IMG/VR virus record: IMGVR_UViG_3300020463_000001 | Location: 32,001-96,000 of that record | Length of the DNA stretch: 64,000 bases | Source: a virus | Taxonomy: Duplodnaviria; Caudoviricetes | Strand: one strand, 5' to 3' | Shown here: piece after piece, positions 58,301 through 64,000 of the stretch | Layout: each line of letters starts with the position of its first letter | Numbering within the stretch: position 1 is the stretch's first letter | Made by a program: the position numbers and the translations under genes | The notes under the pieces: generated by a model | Databases searched by the model: none | What the model was told of the DNA's origin: nothing | What the model saw: only the letters and a program-made list of their open reading frames with translations

Positions 58301-59117
58301 AACATTTAGAGATATAAGTTTGAGTTTACAAAACGAATATGTCTACTCTATGCCTCAGGATACAATATATATTAAGAATGATTTAGTGAAGGGAGAACAA
58401 CTCAAATTCTCTTATGAAAATTATAATTCTGCAGAGGAAACGGACTCTTCTGCAGCATCTTATTTGTTGGAAATACCAGAAGATAGAGATATACCAAGTG
58501 CTTGGTCTAATTTGCACAAAGATACAATTGCAATATACAGATTTGTTGTGAGAGAAGATGATGTTCTTAAGCCTTGGGATTTTCATGTGTCTGCGATAAT
58601 TCCACAAATAGATAGTCCAGCTATTATCAACCCACAGGAACAATTGTCAATCACTCAGGATAAGACTTTTGTATTTACATTCCCTTCTCCTTTGACAACT
58701 CAGAAGTTTATCTATCCAAACTCTGAAATGGATTTACTGTGTTATTCTGGTGCAAGTTCATCTACCCTTGGAGGATTCACTAGTATTGGTACTGCAGCGT
58801 CTCCTAAATACGATCTGGATGGAAAACAAGTAAGTCTTGCAACTGACATCACTGGATCTTACAGTCTCGACAACGGAATTGGAGTTGCGCCTAGCGCATC
58901 ATCTGCGGGGGATTATACTTCTGCGAGTGGTGATGTTCTTAACTACAGAGACATATATTCTTGGCACACCGGAACTGACACATCAACAACTTCTGCATCT
59001 AGATCTTATGTGGGTATGCAATCTACACAAAGTTATGGAAACGGCATGAGAATATTCGTTCTAGTAAGAGGTGGGCCAATCAATCCTATATATTCGGATT
59101 TTGTTGTTAGGACTTAA
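55356..59117 (+). CDS. unassigned family, paralog 3 (1253 aa)
   Basis: Same motifs in the same order; CATAAATA at 55332. Confidence 0.8.
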   Translation: MSSTLNYPFKSSGFSVQRNEILTVQPPYYTHLLQGDGTSTSFPVYAEEGKKPNLNLSDVQQFRVFQNSVNGPEYSLDNITGDSSFSNNGEFYYTPPQTSDDSDNGTITFRTAPAGGLKILVQYFPVVNSGNADPAGILQSLAKDLTLHPYRNDFSEAWSSNQQKKSTATINLATNFVEQSGTITVTDSDGASVNFDANDVGKRIREKYGSGMFVIDSVTDNVANITVVSPKSDSSTTSYTEGEWMLIIPSSDVEPQAYNIIYPRVQDSDITHPSINFDGQQDHTSVMDCIRRIGSVFVVESEKGTDILSSLKDIDSSNTFIPTTAVASQVAQENRTPQKWRMRFFYDTRDEYIHVNIGTKFQIMDDGDISQTVGRDGITSGPTRNPGELSDVYYKFDERGNKAKSGFYRRQGKTDTNIAGSYPISYRLTCSDHGTAFFIQDQASIDDDDYAWFVVQRHVNNISGKIDLEDGKSPVHCVYAPSKRPTEASDFNMGFYASYSSQTFANGKTVIETTDLGPIFKTDGTQLTPETPIQFTIVTDKDPVAVSSAGTSYYRGTSYRIPPSDYDPIHEINIADYALGSGNYALPLGSNYTTKGVYNKLMPPDVGLNTAGDMLGYPIGQTGTPTPNAPTDAIETADQEFAVISYASAATSGIQLSNPDGLKYVPKKLNTLSLSRQEQLGPAESGLSPYQVQIFDIDSGGSNGLADLVEGIDYNIVKENDEYWYFQFVTKDTDNIIPNAYISDLVEGPNMPGANSSNPKSLSRMGWYDSSGILVEPRNVLLNGAIIPSSHYTIDQEINFTVKVAAFNIPAGFASADLTFDNGNRTASGVSVTQTGTQGEFAVSVVVNESDSTPFPIGSSVIMEDSGNTYTFIVDEVSTTMVIDPIFKYVRGDTVVLGNSDVLEIKSYFSPENTKIILSYVWNGAGYQNKYINPFGGSSQIRSQTQIKPLYEVNRLDVFVNGVEINSSPYPNGYFIESDGDVTFRDISLSLQNEYVYSMPQDTIYIKNDLVKGEQLKFSYENYNSAEETDSSAASYLLEIPEDRDIPSAWSNLHKDTIAIYRFVVREDDVLKPWDFHVSAIIPQIDSPAIINPQEQLSITQDKTFVFTFPSPLTTQKFIYPNSEMDLLCYSGASSSTLGGFTSIGTAASPKYDLDGKQVSLATDITGSYSLDNGIGVAPSASSAGDYTSASGDVLNYRDIYSWHTGTDTSTTSASRSYVGMQSTQSYGNGMRIFVLVRGGPINPIYSDFVVRT

Positions 59118-59132
59118 ACCTTAATAAATTAT

Positions 59133-59166
59133 CATAAATAAAAGGAGGCTTGTGTCTCCTTTTTTT
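59133..59166 (+). terminator. terminator hairpin overlapping late promoter CATAAATA
   Basis: AAAGGAGGC-TTGT-GTCTCCTTT followed by a T-run. Confidence 0.6.
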
Positions 59167-59182
59167 ATATCCAGAGAACCCG

Positions 59183-62100
59183 ATGGCAGATTTTAAAACA
59201 ATATTTTTATTTGAAGATTATGTCGCTACGGAGATTGGCGCACAACCTCAATCTGTCGGATCGAATGAAATTTTAGTTTCCGGCTTGGATGATTCCGTTG
59301 TACTGGTTTTTCAAAATGGATTTATGTATGTTGATGATATTTTCTGGGGAAATATCGTATCCGTACAAAATGGCGATAGGCTACGATTACAAGTTAATCA
59401 TCAAGTTATAAACGAACCAGTAGAATATGAAATACTGGTTCTAGAAAGATCTTCTGGGTTTGTCTTTGAGGTCACTGATTCCTTTACATGGAATGTGGAA
59501 ATAAATGATCCTCTGGCAAATGAACCGGCAAAATTTTCAACACAATCTTCCACCGACGAAAATAATAGAATATCAGACATTCTGACATCTATTGTTGCTT
59601 CGAGTTTATCAGAAGCGATTACTGCGAATAGAAGTTCTGCAACCTCTACATTGGGCCAAATAGAACCAGAATTAATTCTAGAAGTTTTACAAAAGGCTGG
59701 ATTTATAGAAACAGATACTTCTGGAGAAATAGATTTAAATTCTCTAAGTCAAGTATTTGACAGCTTTAGAGAAATTATAAACGATACCTCTAGAAATATT
59801 GTAGAAGATATTTTATCCGACGAAACTCTAATACAACAATTCACTTCAGATGCTGAAGAAAATTTAATAGTAGACATAGAAAATACTTCAGAACAATTAA
59901 AAGAATCATTCACAAATAGATTGAACGAAATGTTTTCTGAAGTATCAGAAACTACTTCCGTACAAACTACAGATACAGATGAAACTCAAGACATTTCTGC
60001 AATAGATTCTACTACTATTGCAGAAGAATCATCAATAACTTCAGAAACGACACAAATAAATGTTTCTGAATTGGTAGAAGAAAAAACACAAACACTGACA
60101 GAAACAAAAGAAGTATTACAATCAATTCAACAATCTGTGGACGAGAGTTCTGATGATGCGGATTTGTCTCAACAGGCGTTTGCAGAATTCTTAGAGTCAA
60201 CTGAAATTAATGATAAAGTTCTTGGAGAACTTTCTGAGTTAATTGATTTACAAGATCCAAAACCAATAGATGAATTAATTGAGAATGTTGAACAATCTAT
60301 ACAAACATTCCAAGATTTACAAGAAATAGAACAATCTAATCCTCAAGTATTTGTAGATATTCAAGAAGCACTAGGAATTAATGTAGATCCACAGTTTGAT
60401 GAAACATTAGATATCATACAAGAAAATACCCAGTTATTTGGTGAGTTGGATGATCTAATACAAACTAATTTACAATTATTCCAAACCTCATTAGAAACCG
60501 ACAGGTTTGAAGCGAAATCTTTCCATGAAATAAGGTCAATAGGTTTCAGAACTATAGATGAATTTAGTGATAGGTTGTTTGCGGAACGATCAGAAATAAT
60601 AGATGTATTGACAAAATTAGTTTCTGAATTTATAGAAGAAGCCCTGATAAAAACCTTAGTCACTGCTGAAGAAGAATTATTAGTCGATGCACTACAGAGA
60701 TTGTTTGGAGAAGAACAAGAATCCTTTGATTTAGAAACTATAAGAAGAACAGAGATAACAGACATAGATGATGTCTTCGCAAAAACTTTAATAGAAGAAC
60801 TAGAAAAACAATCAGAATTTCAATATGATTTAGCAGAGACAACTCTCTTAGATACTCTGGTCAATCTCAATATTGTAAGTTTCGTAGAAACATTCCTAGA
60901 GAATGTTCAAAATCTAATAGAAGATACTGATAAGGTTCAGTTACTAGATCAAACCCTTATATCAGAACTAGAAAATAATTTTGAAAGTTTAATAATAGAA
61001 TCATCTTTTGATGATATAATTGACGAATTGAAGGCCTTAGATTTTACTGAAGATGTCCCAGAGATACAGGATCTATTGAGGTTTGTATCTACAGAAGAAA
61101 GTGAATTTGTAGAAAATATTTTAAGATTATTTGATACCGACGATTCAATCAGTGGCGAATCTATAATAGAAGATGAAACTACCGAGAGTGTCACTGGAGA
61201 AGAATCAAGAGAGGAGGAAACTGACTCTATTGTTTCTGGAGAAGATTCTATAGGAGATGAAACCGACGAAACAATTTCATCATCCGATGTAATAGGAGAC
61301 GAAAGCACTCAGACTGTTACTGGAGAGGAAGAACGCGAAGAAGAATCTGATTCTACTATCTTCGGAGAAGATATTATAGGAGATGAGTCTTCTACCACAA
61401 CAGAAGGTACGGACACTGTTGGAGAAGACACACAATCATCTCAATTAGCAGAAGACGAATTAGGAGAAACTTCTCCAGAGATTGTAAACGCAGAACAAGA
61501 AGTAATAGATACAGGAGATTCTTCAGATGTTTCAGAACAAGAAGTAGTCGATACTGGTGATTCTTCAGATGTTTCAGAGCAGGAAATAGTAGATACTGTT
61601 GCTCCTCCAGATAACGCAGTAGATCCAATATCTGATGTTGGTATATCTTCTGATGAAAGTTTAGAAGAATCCTCCGATACTGTTGCTCCTCCAGATAACG
61701 CAGTGGATCCAATATCTGATGTCGGGTTATCTTCTGATGAAGCAGAAGAAGAAGCATCCGATATATCAGATCCAGCAGATGAAGTATTGGAAGATGCTCC
61801 GGATGTGTCTATATCTCCAGAAGATGCGATAGAAGTTACAGAAGACACTGCGATATCTTCAGATGTCGGTGAGGTAGATCCAAATGACACTGGCGATTCG
61901 GCAGATCTTGGTGAAGTTCAGCCAGATGACACTGGTGATTCCGCTGATGTCGGAGAAGTAGATCCGAGCGACACTGGGGATTCTGCTGATGTCGGAGAAG
62001 TAGATCCGAGCGACACTGGGGATTCTGCTGATGTCGGAGAAGTAGATCCAAATGATACCGGAGACTCTACTGATGTTGGTGAAGTAGATCCAAGCGACAC

Positions 62101-62614
62101 TGGTGATTCTGCTGATGTTGGTGAAGTAGATCCAATAGACACCGGAGACTCTGCTGATGTTGGAACAGAACAACCAACAGATACTGGAGATTCTGCGGAT
62201 GTCGTTGAAGAAACACCTTCTCAAATCGGCGATTCTACCAACGATTTTGAAGAAGACCCATCTATCGTGGGCGATTCTACAGATGTAGTCGAAGACGATC
62301 CAACAAACATAGGAGATTCTTCCGATGATGTTGAAGATGAAGTAAGTGAAATAACAGATGAAGCAGACGAAACTGAAACTGACGCAGGAAATATTAGTGA
62401 TGGTGCTGGTGAATCAGAGACTCCGTTAGACAATGCAGACGACGGACAAGATCCAGATGAGGTGAACGATGACTTTGAAACAAAGGGAATCATACAACTC
62501 CGAGACGGGACGATGACATTTTATAAACTAAGACCATTCAGAATCGCAACTTCTGATCAATTCATTGGGCCATTTATAGATAGACTTGGAATAAGTAGGG
62601 ATATAAGGTTATAA
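59183..62614 (+). CDS. very acidic large protein with a 14-aa repeat region
   Basis: ATG 59183 within track ORF 59150..62614; D/E-rich throughout. Confidence 0.8.
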   Translation: MADFKTIFLFEDYVATEIGAQPQSVGSNEILVSGLDDSVVLVFQNGFMYVDDIFWGNIVSVQNGDRLRLQVNHQVINEPVEYEILVLERSSGFVFEVTDSFTWNVEINDPLANEPAKFSTQSSTDENNRISDILTSIVASSLSEAITANRSSATSTLGQIEPELILEVLQKAGFIETDTSGEIDLNSLSQVFDSFREIINDTSRNIVEDILSDETLIQQFTSDAEENLIVDIENTSEQLKESFTNRLNEMFSEVSETTSVQTTDTDETQDISAIDSTTIAEESSITSETTQINVSELVEEKTQTLTETKEVLQSIQQSVDESSDDADLSQQAFAEFLESTEINDKVLGELSELIDLQDPKPIDELIENVEQSIQTFQDLQEIEQSNPQVFVDIQEALGINVDPQFDETLDIIQENTQLFGELDDLIQTNLQLFQTSLETDRFEAKSFHEIRSIGFRTIDEFSDRLFAERSEIIDVLTKLVSEFIEEALIKTLVTAEEELLVDALQRLFGEEQESFDLETIRRTEITDIDDVFAKTLIEELEKQSEFQYDLAETTLLDTLVNLNIVSFVETFLENVQNLIEDTDKVQLLDQTLISELENNFESLIIESSFDDIIDELKALDFTEDVPEIQDLLRFVSTEESEFVENILRLFDTDDSISGESIIEDETTESVTGEESREEETDSIVSGEDSIGDETDETISSSDVIGDESTQTVTGEEEREEESDSTIFGEDIIGDESSTTTEGTDTVGEDTQSSQLAEDELGETSPEIVNAEQEVIDTGDSSDVSEQEVVDTGDSSDVSEQEIVDTVAPPDNAVDPISDVGISSDESLEESSDTVAPPDNAVDPISDVGLSSDEAEEEASDISDPADEVLEDAPDVSISPEDAIEVTEDTAISSDVGEVDPNDTGDSADLGEVQPDDTGDSADVGEVDPSDTGDSADVGEVDPSDTGDSADVGEVDPNDTGDSTDVGEVDPSDTGDSADVGEVDPIDTGDSADVGTEQPTDTGDSADVVEETPSQIGDSTNDFEEDPSIVGDSTDVVEDDPTNIGDSSDDVEDEVSEITDEADETETDAGNISDGAGESETPLDNADDGQDPDEVNDDFETKGIIQLRDGTMTFYKLRPFRIATSDQFIGPFIDRLGISRDIRL
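61139..62482 (+). repeat. 32 x 42-nt (14-aa) register, core unit DSADVGEVDPSDTG
   Basis: Protein parses into unbroken 14-mers from DDSISG to DDFET; near-identical DNA copies around 61870-62200. Confidence 0.85.
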
Positions 62615-62615
62615 G

Positions 62616-64000
62616 ATGCCAGTATTTTTTGGATCCGGTAATATAATAACGAAAGCGAAGACAGTTCGTATGTCTTCATTTATCTATACTGAAGCTTCCG
62701 AAGTTGATATTACCTATGAAAACCACTTCAAAGAATATGTCATTGACATGGTTGATGGGTTTTCTGAGCGTCAAAATATTTACTATGATCCATTTAAATA
62801 CAGCGATTATCTTGACCGAGTTACTTCTACTTCATTTGATACCAAGGAAGTCTATAGTGGAGAAAGATACAATACATTTTTCAATTCCCCCGAGCATAAC
62901 TTGGAATATATTTTGGGATCTTCTTTTAATACAGAAGACAACACTAATCTTATAAACACCAAATATGTTTCGGAGATATATCAATCTCTGGATAATCTTC
63001 TTTCTACTGGAATGTCTTACGAAGAAGTAAGTGCAAAAATTCGAGTGCAATTGTTAGCATATTCATTTATGACTCTAGATGTATTTGAAAGAAAGAAAGA
63101 GTACGCTCTTAGAAATTTAAATATAGTCGAGGATCAAATAAAAGAACTTGGCGGACAAGATATAGAATCGAAACAATTACTTCAAGCACTTTATTTTAGC
63201 ACAAGTAGTCAAGATGTTAAATCCGCACTAAATCCTCTTGACGGAACTCTCAATTTAAATATTGTTACTGAACTATTTATTAAATCTAGACTAGAAGACT
63301 TCTCACTAAATAAGAGTTCGTTTATTTTAGATATAGAAGAAAGGGGAATATACAAAGAAATAGAAAGGGCCACTTTTGAAGAAACTGTTCCCATTCTACA
63401 AAATCCGGAAACTGGTCTTTACTATCTAGAGTTTAAAGATACGATAGAACAGATAGACGATTCTATGTTTTTTGATAACGATGTGGATAGAGTGTATGAG
63501 GCTCAGAATTTAATATACGGAAGTCCTAATGTAGAATATCATCCAATTAATAATTTCTTCCAAAGATATATGCCAAGACAAGCAGCATCAGGTGAACATC
63601 ATGAAATCATTTCGGATCTTGTAATTGAAACTGAATTTTATACCCAAGAGAAAAATGATATATTAATTAACCTAGAACCAAAGTATATCTCAGATAACGA
63701 CAAGACTTTTATTCGTAGTATATTCTATATTGAACTAGACGATTATCAGGATTATCTTGGTTATGTTCCATATGTTAAATCTTCTACAGATACTGCATAT
63801 ATTCCGGACGAACAGTTTTTACAAACAAAAGTTCACATCCCAGATAAGAATATCTTTAAGTTTAGATATGAAGAAATTAAGTTTGGTGGTAAATATGTGG
63901 TCACTGAGGCTGGAGAAGTATTTGTATTTTACAATACTATGGAAGCAAGATATGCCGGATACTATAAAGACTATGATACTCTTTATGAATACATCAATGA
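62616..64000 (+). CDS. hypothetical protein, 3'-truncated (MPVFFGSG..., over 460 aa)
   Basis: Translated by hand; the frame stays open to the window end. Confidence 0.75.
   Translation, partial: MPVFFGSGNIITKAKTVRMSSFIYTEASEVDITYENHFKEYVIDMVDGFSERQNIYYDPFKYSDYLDRVTSTSFDTKEVYSGERYNTFFNSPEHNLEYILGSSFNTEDNTNLINTKYVSEIYQSLDNLLSTGMSYEEVSAKIRVQLLAYSFMTLDVFERKKEYALRNLNIVEDQIKELGGQDIESKQLLQALYFSTSSQDVKSALNPLDGTLNLNIVTELFIKSRLEDFSLNKSSFILDIEERGIYKEIERATFEETVPILQNPETGLYYLEFKDTIEQIDDSMFFDNDVDRVYEAQNLIYGSPNVEYHPINNFFQRYMPRQAASGEHHEIISDLVIETEFYTQEKNDILINLEPKYISDNDKTFIRSIFYIELDDYQDYLGYVPYVKSSTDTAYIPDEQFLQTKVHIPDKNIFKFRYEEIKFGGKYVVTEAGEVFVFYNTMEARYAGYYKDYDTLYEYIN

Noticed and set aside
929-63394. Numerous 60-135 aa opposite-strand or nested ORFs in the track (e.g. 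929..1225, 14400..14756, 27336..27710, 61441..61890)
   Set aside because: Shadows of well-supported genes, with no SD and low-complexity antisense translations
1-64000. Alternative genetic code suggested by phage tRNAs
   Set aside because: Core genes are full length in code 11 and all three tRNAs have sense anticodons

Overview
This window is part of an AT-rich, lytic T4-like myovirus genome (Tevenvirinae/Kyanoviridae-type gene set), probably marine and probably infecting a proteobacterium; the host call is inference only. 1-16.4 kb is an early/accessory region with many small ORFs, tRNA-Gly and tRNA-Thr, GMP reductase, a misplaced tail-fibre cassette, an M15 endolysin, peptide deformylase, a class-3 lipase, PhoH, a PD-(D/E)XK exonuclease and a SleB hydrolase. 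16.4-20.1 kb carries gp33, gp59, a membrane coiled-coil protein, gp32 and tRNA-Tyr. 20.1-27.2 kb is a minus-strand block (gp29-like, gp51/gp26, gp54, gp2, gp4) with a complete CYP153-type cytochrome P450 inserted between gp4 and gp2. 27.2-49.6 kb is the baseplate and fibre operon (gp48, 53, 27-like, 5, 25, 6, 7, 8, VrlC-like, fibre, adhesin). 49.6-64 kb holds three large tandem paralogs of an unassigned family, a very acidic protein built on a 14-aa repeat, and a truncated ORF. The most notable observations are the phage CYP153, a T-TTT-TTC -1 frameshift site that would join gp26 to the start-less gp51 frame, a 14-aa 8-Cys microprotein, two Pho-box-like sites upstream of a 27-aa hydrophobic peptide, a 163-nt RNA with tRNA-like ends, and the paralog trio. 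All family assignments come from motif recognition by eye; no database searches or folding programs were run.
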